From a bacterium (GTDB lineage: Bacteria; UBP7; UBA6624; JBBIMK01), in contig JBBIMK010000006.1 in NCBI GenBank assembly GCA_037444445.1, positions 1 to 32,000 of the forward strand: a stretch of DNA of 32,000 nucleotides. The letters run 5' to 3'. Position 1 is the first letter of the stretch. The number at the start of each line of letters is the position of its first letter. A program made the translations under genes and the position numbers. Positions 9,222 through 18,209 of the stretch are shown here, one piece after another. Below the pieces are notes generated by a model that saw nothing but the letters and a program-made list of their open reading frames with translations, did no database searches and had not been told where the DNA came from.

Positions 9222-10038
9222 AGTCATCCTCTGCTGACTTTCTCTTGCCGCGTTCTGCGTGCATTACATTGAGAGTGAGTAAATTCAGGGTCATATTATC
9301 CCATGCCGCAATGATTTCACACCCGAGTTCCTGCGAGAGGGCTCTGGCAATCCCCCAGGGATGATTCTGAAGCATAGTCATGCCATAGTGGGTAAGGATG
9401 GTTTTTCGGGGGCGAACCTGGGAGATAATTTCACGGGTTTCTTCCAGAGAGAGGTGGTCAATTTCCGGGTTTGCATGATAGAGGAGAGAATAGATGATAG
9501 CCAGGTCGCACCCTTTTGCCTGCTCCACGCCCTCCAGATTTTTCCCGTCCACAAACAGGGCGATTTTCTTCTGGTCATACTGGATGAGGAAGCGGAAGGT
9601 TTCCACACCTCCGTGGATATACCGGGCAATGGGAAGGAAGGAAAAGGGAGGAATGGAGATCGGCTGATGAGGGTGCAGGGGGACGATTTTTTGAACATAG
9701 GGGCGTAAGTAACGAAAGATGACCGGGTCCTCCCCTTCCAGGGCATCTGCCGGGGCATACACGGCACCACGGACAGATTTTCCACCTTCCGTCATCGCTT
9801 CTATCATCACATTGATGTCGGCGCAGTGGTCCAGATGCTTATGGGTGAGGAGGATAGCGGAAAGAGAGGCGGGGTTTAATTTTTTATATAGCACCCGGGA
9901 AAGGGCTTCTGGCCCCGGGTCAATATGAACCGCGGTGTAGCCACTTTCCAGCCAGATACCTCCGGTGGCACGGAACTGCTTGAAACTGGCAATGCGGCCG
10001 CCGCCGGTGCCTAAAAATAAGATGCGTCCTTCTTCCAT
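9214..10038 (-). CDS. MBL-fold metallo-hydrolase
   Basis: ILFLGTGGG... and the HxHxDH motif (LLTHKHLDHCAD). Convergent 8-nt overlap with the GT4 gene. Confidence 0.8.
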   Translation of the reverse strand: MEEGRILFLGTGGGRIASFKQFRATGGIWLESGYTAVHIDPGPEALSRVLYKKLNPASLSAILLTHKHLDHCADINVMIEAMTEGGKSVRGAVYAPADALEGEDPVIFRYLRPYVQKIVPLHPHQPISIPPFSFLPIARYIHGGVETFRFLIQYDQKKIALFVDGKNLEGVEQAKGCDLAIIYSLLYHANPEIDHLSLEETREIISQVRPRKTILTHYGMTMLQNHPWGIARALSQELGCEIIAAWDNMTLNLLTLNVMHAERGKRKSAEDDSN

Positions 10039-10065
10039 GTGGGAGGCAGGAGAAAGAAAGGAAAT

Positions 10066-10992
10066 TTACTTTTTGCCGACAGCCAGGCCGAGCTTCTTAA
10101 AGACGCCATCAATTTTCATCGTGTGAGTCCAATCCAGTTTTGCGATGTTAGCCCCCATAGCAACAGCGAGGAGTTCTGTCAAGTAGAAGACCGGGATTTC
10201 TGCACGCTCTCCCACGAGCCGTAAGGCGTCGCGCTGAAGGGCATCCAGATTATGGAAACAGATGGGGCAAATCACCACGATGGCTTCTGCTCCCACATGG
10301 AGAGCCTCTTTCAAAATTTCTGCCGTCATTCGGAGCCCTTCTTCGGGAGCGCTTTGCGTGAGATAACTGCCGTTGCAGGTGGTAGCGTGGCGCCAGGGCA
10401 ACGGCTCTGCACCCGCAGATTTTAAATACTTCTCCATCAAATCTATCTTCTCCGGGTCGCCTAAATCCTCCGTATAAACCGAGGGGCGAATCGTTTTGCA
10501 CCCATAATATGCCACCACTTTCAGCCCCTTCAGGTCCCGTAGCAGAAATTTTTTAATCTTTGCCGAAGCCTGATGCTCTTCAAAAATCTCTAATAGATTC
10601 TTAATTTCCGTTTTCCCGCTGTAAGGAAGCCCGATGGCTTGCAGGGACTTGTTTTTAATTTCCTCCGCATCGGTATGAGGAGGAAAATCCATGGCATAGC
10701 CATCGCCGTTTTCCATAAAATGCCTGGAGAAGGAGAAAGCGCGATAACAATGGGGGCAAGGGGTAAAGAGAACCGGATTTTTCGTTAACTTCTCCGAGAC
10801 TGCCAGATTGCGGAGAGGATAAGCCACCCGGGTGAGAAGGTCCAGCCGTTCCCCTGCCTCTCCGCCACAGCAACTCCAGTTGAGCACTTCCTCGGTTTCC
10901 ACGCCCAACTGCTTGCACACCACATCCAGCGATTTTTCATAATTGGTGTCATAATTCTTGATGTGGCATCCCGGAAAATAAGAAACCCTCAT
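10066..10992 (-). CDS. Heterodisulfide reductase subunit B-like protein (CCG-domain protein)
   Basis: MRVSYFPGCH...WSCCGG (CCG domain), second repeat YYGCKTIRP...TTCNGSY. Overlaps the upstream 4Fe-4S gene by 4 nt. Confidence 0.75.
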   Translation of the reverse strand: MRVSYFPGCHIKNYDTNYEKSLDVVCKQLGVETEEVLNWSCCGGEAGERLDLLTRVAYPLRNLAVSEKLTKNPVLFTPCPHCYRAFSFSRHFMENGDGYAMDFPPHTDAEEIKNKSLQAIGLPYSGKTEIKNLLEIFEEHQASAKIKKFLLRDLKGLKVVAYYGCKTIRPSVYTEDLGDPEKIDLMEKYLKSAGAEPLPWRHATTCNGSYLTQSAPEEGLRMTAEILKEALHVGAEAIVVICPICFHNLDALQRDALRLVGERAEIPVFYLTELLAVAMGANIAKLDWTHTMKIDGVFKKLGLAVGKK

Positions 10993-11603
10993 TTTTTCTC
11001 CCTTCCCTTTCTGGGAGGCGTGGGTTTCATTTCTGGAGGAGGCTCTTCAGCAATTCCGTGCAGTTTTTTATAGAATTCAAAAAAAGAGGGAACATCGCGG
11101 ATGGTGGCGAGGGGTTCTCGTTTTTGTTTTTTGGCAAACATACCCAGAACGCCGCCTCCGCCACCGGGTCTGGATGGGGTTCCCCAGCCCAGGTCCTCCC
11201 CTGGCTCCAGCCTGCCATAAGTTTTCACCTGCTCCAGGAAGCGAGCGTAAAAATCCACTCTGGATTTACTTCGCTCTGTGCGGGATTCTTTCAGCGATAA
11301 GTATCGGAGGACATCCAGCACTTCCGCCACGGGAATCTCTACCGGGCACCTCTGGGTGCAAAGTTTGCAGTCCGTGCATTCCCACAGGTCTTTAGAGGTC
11401 AGGACCCGGTCCCGCTCACCGAGACGAATCAGTTCAATGATTTTCATCGGAGCGAACTCCATATTGACCCTGGCTGGACAGCAGGCAGTGCAGATTCCGC
11501 AGAGGGTGCAAGTCCGCAGGTCGGTGCCCAGAGTATCCCGCACCCAGTTCAGAAAATCCAGTTGCCTCTTTTGCTTCTCAATCGTCAGTTGTATTCCCAT
11601 CAA
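10989..11603 (-). CDS. Heterodisulfide reductase subunit C-like 4Fe-4S dicluster protein
   Basis: Two ferredoxin-type motifs, CTLCGICTACCP and CTDCKLCTQRCP. TTG at 11603 is immediately followed by ATG at 11600; either may be the start. Confidence 0.7.
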   Translation of the reverse strand: MMGIQLTIEKQKRQLDFLNWVRDTLGTDLRTCTLCGICTACCPARVNMEFAPMKIIELIRLGERDRVLTSKDLWECTDCKLCTQRCPVEIPVAEVLDVLRYLSLKESRTERSKSRVDFYARFLEQVKTYGRLEPGEDLGWGTPSRPGGGGGVLGMFAKKQKREPLATIRDVPSFFEFYKKLHGIAEEPPPEMKPTPPRKGREKK

Positions 11604-11743
11604 TCACATAGATTACGGGATAAACTTCCTTTTGTCAAACACCTGGCTCTTTTTCCTCCTCTGCTTTTAGATTTTCTCTATAAAGAGGGGTATAAAAAAA
11701 TCGTTCAGGGTGGTCAGAATCTCTTGACCCAAGGGATTGAATA

Positions 11744-11867
11744 GCGATTCTGAAAAGTCCTGCGGTGAAAAAGAGGGAAAATGAGCGAAGAAAGCCTGAG
11801 AATTGCCCGGGCGCAGGGGCTCTACTGACTGACTACCCCATACATCCTTCTCTCCTTAACCAATTTG
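11744..11867 (-). repeat. Copy A of a ~125-nt repeat family (inverted relative to copies B and C), upstream of the hdrC-like gene
   Basis: The reverse complement caaattggttaaggagagaaggatgtatggggtagtcagtcagtagagcccctgcgcccgggcaattctcaggctttcttcgctcattttccctctttttcaccgcaggacttttcagaatcgc aligns with 18027-18155 and 20163-20237 at roughly 85-90% identity by eye. Confidence 0.85.
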
Positions 11868-11896
11868 TATGAATAAAGGGAATGTAAAAAAGTCAA
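11868..11896 (-). promoter_or_regulatory. Possible sigma70-type promoter immediately upstream of repeat copy A
   Basis: On the minus strand, TTGACT (11896-11891) is followed by TATTCA/TTCATA at 15-17 nt spacing. This aligns with the much better promoter upstream of copy C. Confidence 0.3.
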
Positions 11897-12092
11897 TCTT
11901 TTTTAGACGGGTTAAGAAACTTGTCGGGACGAGATGCCGATAGAACCTATCGGGATTAAGGAATAATCGGGGTGCCCTTGTTTATGTCATTCAAGACATT
12001 GAGGATTCTCTTCTGGATATTCAGGACTTCTCTGGTGAGAAATTCGGAGGGCAGGGTTCTCATTCGCCATAAGCGTTCGTTCCATGCGAAAC

Positions 12093-12632
12093 TTATGTCT
12101 TCCAGGAGCGCTTAACGGAGCATCCGAAAGGCTCCTTAAAGGTGAAGGGAGAGGGTTTGCCTGCCAGCAAGGCGTCCAGAACCTGGAGGAGATAGTTCTG
12201 GGTAGGCTTCGTGTTGCTCCAGGACTGGTCATCAATGGCGCCTTCGTAGGCAAGACTTGCATCGGGACCCAGCACGAATACATGAGGAGTTGTGATGGCA
12301 CCAAAGATATCCGCAATTTTGTTGCCTCGGTCGCGAAGGATGGGGAAACGAATGGAGCGGGCTTTCATAATCCGGCGGATTTCATCATCGTCATAGATGG
12401 CATTGGAATCTATAGCCAGGAGTTTCACCCCTTTCTCAGCATAAGAGTCCAGAAGAGAATTGAAGAAAGCGTCGTAACGGGCAGAAGCAGGGCATTCTGC
12501 GGACCACCAATCTATCACCACGATATGCCCCAGGAGGTCCGATAGCCGACAGGTTTTTCCATCCATACTCGGGAGCGTAAAATCGGGAACCTTCTCACCG
12601 ATTTTCACCTGTTTTCTTTGAAGAAATTCCAC
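12093..12632 (-). CDS. Thioredoxin-fold (AhpC/TSA-redoxin-like) family protein
   Basis: VPDFTLPSMDGKTCRLSDLLGHIVVIDWWSAECPASARY...LLAIDSN...FPILRD...ITTPHVFVLG...YEGAIDD matches the thioredoxin-family-protein architecture. The active site is CPAS (single Cys). Confidence 0.75.
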   Translation of the reverse strand: MEFLQRKQVKIGEKVPDFTLPSMDGKTCRLSDLLGHIVVIDWWSAECPASARYDAFFNSLLDSYAEKGVKLLAIDSNAIYDDDEIRRIMKARSIRFPILRDRGNKIADIFGAITTPHVFVLGPDASLAYEGAIDDQSWSNTKPTQNYLLQVLDALLAGKPSPFTFKEPFGCSVKRSWKT

Positions 12633-12647
12633 GGTCTCACCTCATTT

Positions 12648-13202
12648 TCACAGGGATTGCAGAGCCCTCTCGGCATGGGAAAGAATTTTCAAGAAATTGG
12701 AGCGGCGGAACCAGGGCTTCATCGCCATAAACCGCTGGTGAGAGGAAGGAGTAAAAAGAGCAGAGGGCGGTGGGTATTCTTCGTTCTCGGGGTAAAACTT
12801 CAGGGCTTCCTGAACCCCTTCACAGATGGATTGAAGCGCCCGCTTCTGATGAACCTTTTCCTCCATTTTATCCGCCTCTTCCCACCGCTCCATATAATAC
12901 AGCACATAAATCCCCCACATCGTAACATCCAGCAATTCCGAGGGCTCACTGGAAGAGTTCAGAACACCCTCCTTTTCCTTGCCAGAATCCACATCCCCAA
13001 AAGAAGATATGTCAAATTGAAACTCACGACAAGAGTGGCAGACAGCACACTCTGCCAGAAAACAACTCACCGGTGTTCCATCCTTCTGAAGAAACCGAAC
13101 TTCCCTCTGATAAGAATAGTCTCCACCACAGGAACAGGCTTGCATAGCCAGGTAGAGGCGTTCTTCTCTCTCTGAGTGGGCTTTCCTCAGCTGGGCTTCC
13201 AT
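12648..13202 (-). CDS. Hypothetical Cys-rich (zinc-ribbon-like) protein
   Basis: 184-aa ORF lying 16 nt upstream of the thioredoxin-fold gene on the same strand. Cys cluster CSCGG...CFLAECAVCHSC. No family recognised. Confidence 0.5.
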   Translation of the reverse strand: MEAQLRKAHSEREERLYLAMQACSCGGDYSYQREVRFLQKDGTPVSCFLAECAVCHSCREFQFDISSFGDVDSGKEKEGVLNSSSEPSELLDVTMWGIYVLYYMERWEEADKMEEKVHQKRALQSICEGVQEALKFYPENEEYPPPSALFTPSSHQRFMAMKPWFRRSNFLKILSHAERALQSL

Positions 13203-13245
13203 CTATCTTAATTATAACCCGAAAAGGGAATCCTGACATTCATTC

Positions 13246-15048
13246 TCATTTTCCCTGTAACCACTTCAGAGTTTTCATTATAAGAACTATTCCTTCCCAG
13301 CGGGTCAGGAAAGAGGATTTTTGAACTAAAGAAACGAAATCCGAAGAGAACCCGAGGTAATTCAGAAGAGGTTCTAAAAAGGGTGAATCCTCTGGAATAG
13401 AAAAAGAAATCCCATTCAAGGTGAAAAACTGTGAGAGAAACTGGAATGCAAATTTAAGAGTAACTAAATTTTCCGAAGTGGAAACCGAAGGGAGAGTCAA
13501 GTTAGATTGAGGCGAGAGTGAACGATGAACGGCTACCCTGAATAGGCGAGAAAAATCCTTCTCCCGAAGAGGGTCGTTCAGGTGAAAATCATTGGTGTAG
13601 CCACCGGCAAGAAGCCCCAGGTCCACCGCTTGAAGCAGTGCCTCTCTTTCTGGATAGCTGGCAAAAGGCGAAGGATAAGAAGCAGGAAGATGGAGGAGGA
13701 TTCCCTTACGCTTTAGAAGGTTTTGAAAAACAGGAAAGGACTGAATGGAATACGCCAGCTGGCGGAAAGAGAGAGAATGCTGGATGGAGAAAAGGGCAGC
13801 ATAACCTGCTACCTCACCTTCTACAATGGAAAGGGGAATGACCCGTGCGCTGCCAGCAGCGAGGGATGAATAACCTGCGGACCTTCCCACCACCAGGAGG
13901 TTTTCCACTTTCAGCGGGACGAGAGAACGAAAAGGAATGGTATAGGAAGAAGGCCTGCCGTAGACAATGCCAGGGTCTTCAGGGCTCACCGGTTGATGGT
14001 CCACCGGATATGAGCCCACAGCGATAGAATCGGGGAAGTCACGATTTTCCAGAATATCCGATAACTTCAGGGTGTATTCAGACTGAATATGACGAGTTTC
14101 CCGAACATAGAGTTTTTCTGCTGTGGAAAGAAGAAAAGCCTTCTCAAAGCCATGGAGATTAGACCGAAGGAATTCCACTATGCGGGAGGCTTCCTCCTTC
14201 CCCTCCTTCATCGCTTCCGCAACCGAGGAGAAGTCAAAAGGGTCCACGCCAAAAATGAGCAGAGCACTGATAAGAACACTCCCATCCCTTTGATGACCAA
14301 TGTTGAGCCCTCTCAGCTTGAAACGAGAAGAAGAGGGTGAATATTGTTGGGCTAAGTTCAGGAATCCCCAGGCGGAATGAGCCTGGATGCTGGAAAGCCC
14401 CGATTGATGGGCGATTGTAAACCGGGCGAAAGATTTCCAGTCCACTCCACCGACTTCAAAAATCAGGGTGTCGGCCATCCGCTCCTTCAGGTGCATATCT
14501 TCACGCCCATAGAAGAACGGCACACCGCTGATTGCAGCCAAATCCCCATCTCCAGTAGCATCAATAAATCGCTTGCCGAAAATCTGAAGCAGGACATCTC
14601 CCGTTTTGCACTCCACGCCGATGAGTGTATTCTGTTGCAAGATGGCTTTTTGCAGGCGACAGTTCAAAAGGAGGGTGATATTTTTTTCACGAGCGAGAAC
14701 CGATTGAAAAAATTTCTTTGCCCGAAAAATATCAAAGGAAGAGCGATTTCCGATGGCACGGTAGAACTCCTGGAAAAAGCCCCGTGTGAGGAGAAGCCCG
14801 TTGGGGTCTGTATTCATATCCAGCATATTCAATCTGCCGAGGATAAAAGTCCCGCCCGGCACCGGGTCAGGAGAAACGAGGAGGGTGCTCAGTCCGGAGC
14901 GTGCAGAAGCCACCGCCGCCGCTATTCCCTCCGGCTCACTCCCAGCCACCACCACATCATAACCTGCTTCCACCGAAGAACTGCTGAGCAATAGAGATAC
15001 AACAGCACTGACCACACTGAGGTTCCGCCAAAATCCCATACGCCACAT
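13246..15048 (-). CDS. Secreted FAD-dependent-oxidoreductase-family protein (PF12831-like) with a degenerate dinucleotide-binding motif
   Basis: Signal peptide MWRMGFWRNLSVVSAVVSLLLSSSSVEA. Then YDVVVAGSEPEGIAAAVASARSGLSTLLVS...PGGT and DATGDGDLAA. The GxGxxG motif reads GSEPEG, so the middle Gly is replaced. Confidence 0.7.
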   Translation of the reverse strand: MWRMGFWRNLSVVSAVVSLLLSSSSVEAGYDVVVAGSEPEGIAAAVASARSGLSTLLVSPDPVPGGTFILGRLNMLDMNTDPNGLLLTRGFFQEFYRAIGNRSSFDIFRAKKFFQSVLAREKNITLLLNCRLQKAILQQNTLIGVECKTGDVLLQIFGKRFIDATGDGDLAAISGVPFFYGREDMHLKERMADTLIFEVGGVDWKSFARFTIAHQSGLSSIQAHSAWGFLNLAQQYSPSSSRFKLRGLNIGHQRDGSVLISALLIFGVDPFDFSSVAEAMKEGKEEASRIVEFLRSNLHGFEKAFLLSTAEKLYVRETRHIQSEYTLKLSDILENRDFPDSIAVGSYPVDHQPVSPEDPGIVYGRPSSYTIPFRSLVPLKVENLLVVGRSAGYSSLAAGSARVIPLSIVEGEVAGYAALFSIQHSLSFRQLAYSIQSFPVFQNLLKRKGILLHLPASYPSPFASYPEREALLQAVDLGLLAGGYTNDFHLNDPLREKDFSRLFRVAVHRSLSPQSNLTLPSVSTSENLVTLKFAFQFLSQFFTLNGISFSIPEDSPFLEPLLNYLGFSSDFVSLVQKSSFLTRWEGIVLIMKTLKWLQGK

Positions 15049-15136
15049 TTTATCTTACACCTTTCCTGATACAACTTACCTGCACTTTCTTCTCCGCCGG
15101 GAGCGAAAGCCACGAGTATAATTAAAGAGAACAAGG

Positions 15137-15883
15137 ATGAGAGTTTCGTTATTTGTAACCTGCATCATAGATTACCTGTTTCCACAGGTAGGAGTGGCGG
15201 TGGTGAAGACTCTTCAAAAATTGGGGGTGGAAGTGGTATTCCCGATGGAACAGACCTGCTGTGGTCAGCCAGCGTTCAATTACGGGTATCGGGATGAAGC
15301 GAGGCGAGTGGCACGCCACTGCTTGAAGGCACTGGAAAAATCCGAATGTGTGGTTTGCCCGTCAGGCTCTTGCACTGCGATGATTCGCCATCACTACTCG
15401 GAACTGTTTGAAAATGAACCTGAATTCCAGAAGAAGTCACAGGAGATTGCCTGCAGGACTTTTGAGTTCACAGAGTTCCTCACCAGAGTTATGAAAACCT
15501 CTTTCTTGCGGGAAGTAACCCGCACCGCTACAGAAAAAAAAGAGAAAGTGTGTTATCACGATTCCTGCCATCTTTCAAGAGAGCTGGGCATACGGGAGGA
15601 GCCTCGTGCTCTGTTGCGCCATCTGCCTGGAATAGAAGTGGTGGAAATGGAGAAAGCGGATGAGTGCTGTGGGTTTGGCGGGCTGTTTTCAGCCTATCTG
15701 CCGGAGGTGGCAGGGGCAATAGCCGACGGAAAAATTGACAGCATCCTGAAATGCAGCGCCAGCAGTGTCGTGGCGTGCGATATGGGTTGCCTGATGCACC
15801 TGCATGGGCGGATTGCCCGCCGAAAACTCCCCATTCAGTGCCTCCATATTGCAGAAGTCCTGACGAAATGGATGGGGGAATGA
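15137..15883 (+). CDS. lutA: Lactate utilization protein A (LutA/YkgE; CCG-domain Fe-S oxidoreductase)
   Basis: MRVSLFVTCIIDYLFPQVGVAVVKTLQKLGVEVVFPMEQTCCGQP, second repeat YHDSCHLSRE...ECCGFGG. Followed by lutB and lutC. Confidence 0.9.
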   Translation: MRVSLFVTCIIDYLFPQVGVAVVKTLQKLGVEVVFPMEQTCCGQPAFNYGYRDEARRVARHCLKALEKSECVVCPSGSCTAMIRHHYSELFENEPEFQKKSQEIACRTFEFTEFLTRVMKTSFLREVTRTATEKKEKVCYHDSCHLSRELGIREEPRALLRHLPGIEVVEMEKADECCGFGGLFSAYLPEVAGAIADGKIDSILKCSASSVVACDMGCLMHLHGRIARRKLPIQCLHIAEVLTKWMGE

Positions 15884-15900
15884 AAAGAAGAGGGGAATAG

Positions 15901-17325
15901 ATGCCCATTCATTTCCGAAACAACTCTGTGCGAGCACTCTCCGATGAGTTCCTGCAATCCGCATTGAGACGAACGGGAACCCACTTTCGGCAGGGAAGAA
16001 ATCGCGCCGTTGAGGCGACACCGGACTGGGAGGAGTTACGAAGCCGTGCCCATGAAATCAAAAAAGAGGTCATCCACCACCTCAATTTTTACCTGACACA
16101 ACTCATTGAAAATGTGGAAAGGAAAGGGGGGCATGTGCACCAGGCTCGTACTGCGGAAGAAGCCTGCCGGGTCGTAGAAGGGATTGCCCGTTCGCACCGG
16201 GTTCAAACCATCGTCAAGTCCAAATCTATGGTGTCCGAGGAGATAGAACTGAATGCCCACCTGCAAAAAGCCGGGTTTTATGTGGTGGAGACGGACCTGG
16301 GAGAGTTTATTCTTCAACTGGCGGGCGAAAAGCCCTCCCATATCATCGCTCCGGCTGTTCATAAATCCCGAGAGCAGGTGGCAATGCTGTTCGCCCAGAA
16401 ACTCGGATTACCGGAGGAGATGGCTCGGGAAACGAGTATTGAGGCTCTCACGGAGATTGCGCGAAAGTATCTGAGGGGAAAATTTTTGCAAGCAGAGGTG
16501 GGGGTTACCGGAGTGAATTTCGCCGTGGCAGAAACGGGCACCCTCGTGATTGTAGAAAATGAAGGGAATGCGCGATTCACCACCACCTATCCAAAAGTTC
16601 ACATTGCTCTTATGGGGATAGAAAAAATCATCCCTCGCTGGGAAGATTTGAGTATTTTTCTAACGCTTTTACCCCGCTCCGCCACCGGGCAGATGATGAC
16701 CTCCTATGTGTCCTTTTTGAATGGCTCCAGAGGGGAAGATGAAGAGGATGGACCGGTAGAACTACATCTTGTGCTTCTGGACAACGGGCGGTCAAAAATG
16801 CTCAAACACCCCCTCCTCCAACAGACGCTTTATTGCATTCGGTGTGGGGCTTGCTTGAACTTCTGCCCGGTATATCAAACGGTGGGGGGACATGCGTATG
16901 GTGGTGTCTATTCCGGACCCATCGGTGCCATCCTGACCCCTCAAATGCAAGGATTCCCCCACGCCCTTCCCCTGCCCTATGCCTCCAGTCTGTGCTCTGC
17001 CTGCGCGGATGTCTGCCCGGTTAAGATTCCTATCCCACAGATTCTGCTGTCTCTTCGCTACCAGAGCCGAAAGTCTGACACTTTGCCATTTCGTTCCAAC
17101 TTTCCACTGGAAAGGCTGGCATTTTATTCCTGGTCCGTTCTCCTCTCCTCTCCCTGGTTGTATCGCTGGATTTTCCCTCTGCTTTTAAGATTTTCCTGGC
17201 TTCTAAGTCATCCTCTTTTCAGCCGGGTCGCCCCCGCCATTTTATCCTCCTACCTGAAGGAACACGCTCTCCCCTCTCTGCCATCCAAATCTTTTTATCA
17301 GAGATGGAAAGAGTATGAACGCTGA
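15901..17325 (+). CDS. lutB: Lactate utilization protein B (LutB/YkgF; 4Fe-4S protein with LUD domain)
   Basis: GVTGVNFAVAETGTLVIVENEGNARF (LUD domain). Ferredoxin motifs CIRCGACLNFCP and CSACADVCP. Operon context. Confidence 0.9.
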   Translation: MPIHFRNNSVRALSDEFLQSALRRTGTHFRQGRNRAVEATPDWEELRSRAHEIKKEVIHHLNFYLTQLIENVERKGGHVHQARTAEEACRVVEGIARSHRVQTIVKSKSMVSEEIELNAHLQKAGFYVVETDLGEFILQLAGEKPSHIIAPAVHKSREQVAMLFAQKLGLPEEMARETSIEALTEIARKYLRGKFLQAEVGVTGVNFAVAETGTLVIVENEGNARFTTTYPKVHIALMGIEKIIPRWEDLSIFLTLLPRSATGQMMTSYVSFLNGSRGEDEEDGPVELHLVLLDNGRSKMLKHPLLQQTLYCIRCGACLNFCPVYQTVGGHAYGGVYSGPIGAILTPQMQGFPHALPLPYASSLCSACADVCPVKIPIPQILLSLRYQSRKSDTLPFRSNFPLERLAFYSWSVLLSSPWLYRWIFPLLLRFSWLLSHPLFSRVAPAILSSYLKEHALPSLPSKSFYQRWKEYER

Positions 17326-17863
17326 CTTTTTACCCATTTTCACCCGTTCGGCAGAAGCGGTGGGGTGTAGTGTAGATACAGCGGAAACGATGGATGTCGC
17401 TCGCACAAAAGTGATACAAATCCTTCAATCCTATTCAGCGAAAGTCGTATGGATGTGGACCACGCCTCTTCTAAAATCTATGAATCTGGAGGAAGAATTG
17501 CTGGACTCCGGAATTACTTTCGTGAGTGGTAAAGCAGGGGAAATCCACTTGTGGGAGCAAGGCGAGGTTGGGATTACGGAGGTGGATTATGGGATAGCGG
17601 AGACCGGGACGATGGTGTTGGGTGGAGGGGCTGGTCGCCCCCGCTCTGCCTCCCTCTTGCCCTCCATCCACCTGGGTCTCCTTCCCGTCTCCCGTATCCT
17701 GCCCTCCTTGAAATCTTTCTTTCATCTGAATCATTCTGCTTTCAAATCTAACACTTTCTTCTTCATCACGGGTCCCAGCCGCACTGCGGATATTGAGCAA
17801 ACTCTAACCCTCGGCGTTCACGGCCCCCGAAGAGTTCACATCCTTCTTCTTGCCTTTTCCTGA
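17315..17863 (+). CDS. lutC: Lactate utilization protein C (LutC/YkgG; LUD domain)
   Basis: GITEVDYGIAETGTMVL...SLLPSIHLGLL...FFITGPSRTADIEQTLTLGVHGPRRVHILLL. 11-nt overlap with lutB. Confidence 0.8.
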   Translation: MNADFLPIFTRSAEAVGCSVDTAETMDVARTKVIQILQSYSAKVVWMWTTPLLKSMNLEEELLDSGITFVSGKAGEIHLWEQGEVGITEVDYGIAETGTMVLGGGAGRPRSASLLPSIHLGLLPVSRILPSLKSFFHLNHSAFKSNTFFFITGPSRTADIEQTLTLGVHGPRRVHILLLAFS

Positions 17864-18026
17864 AAGACCCCTTCGTCTTCATCTATCCAGGCATCCGAAC
17901 CCTGAAGAGAAGAAATGTTTCAGGGTTATGGGAAATGCGAAAAAATGTAGGGGAGGAGCTTGTCTCCTTCCGTCAGAATAAGCGGGACTCCCGAATTATT
18001 CAGATTGATTTTTTAAAAATATTTCA

Positions 18027-18155
18027 CAATTGGTTGAGGGGACTAAGCGATGTATGGGGTAGGTAGGCAGGCAGTAGAGTCCCTGCGCACGGGCAATTCT
18101 CGGGCTTTCTTCGCTCATTTTCTCTTCTTTTCACTGCAGGACTTTTCAGAACCGC
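18027..18155 (+). repeat. Copy B of the ~125-nt repeat family, about 55 nt upstream of the first subtilase gene
   Basis: caattggttgaggggactaagcgatgtatggggtaggtaggcaggcagtagagtccctgcgcacgggcaattctcgggctttcttcgctcattttctcttcttttcactgcaggacttttcagaaccgc. Full-length match to copy A (reverse complement) and to the first ~75 nt of copy C. Confidence 0.85.
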
Positions 18156-18209
18156 CATGAAATCCCTTGATTTTTCCCACAAAAAATCTTATTATGGAGG
18201 TGATAGGAG

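Noticed and set aside
13246-13700. SLH-like segment in the C-terminal part of the FAD-oxidoreductase-family protein (QAVDLGLLAGGYTNDFHLNDPL).
   Set aside because: It is only a short, loose resemblance to the S-layer-homology consensus and cannot be supported without a profile search.
17898-17927. 9-bp hairpin (aaccctgaa / ttcagggtt, 12-nt loop) after lutC as an intrinsic terminator.
   Set aside because: No U-run follows it on the plus strand, and the large loop makes it weak. I noted it but did not call it a terminator.
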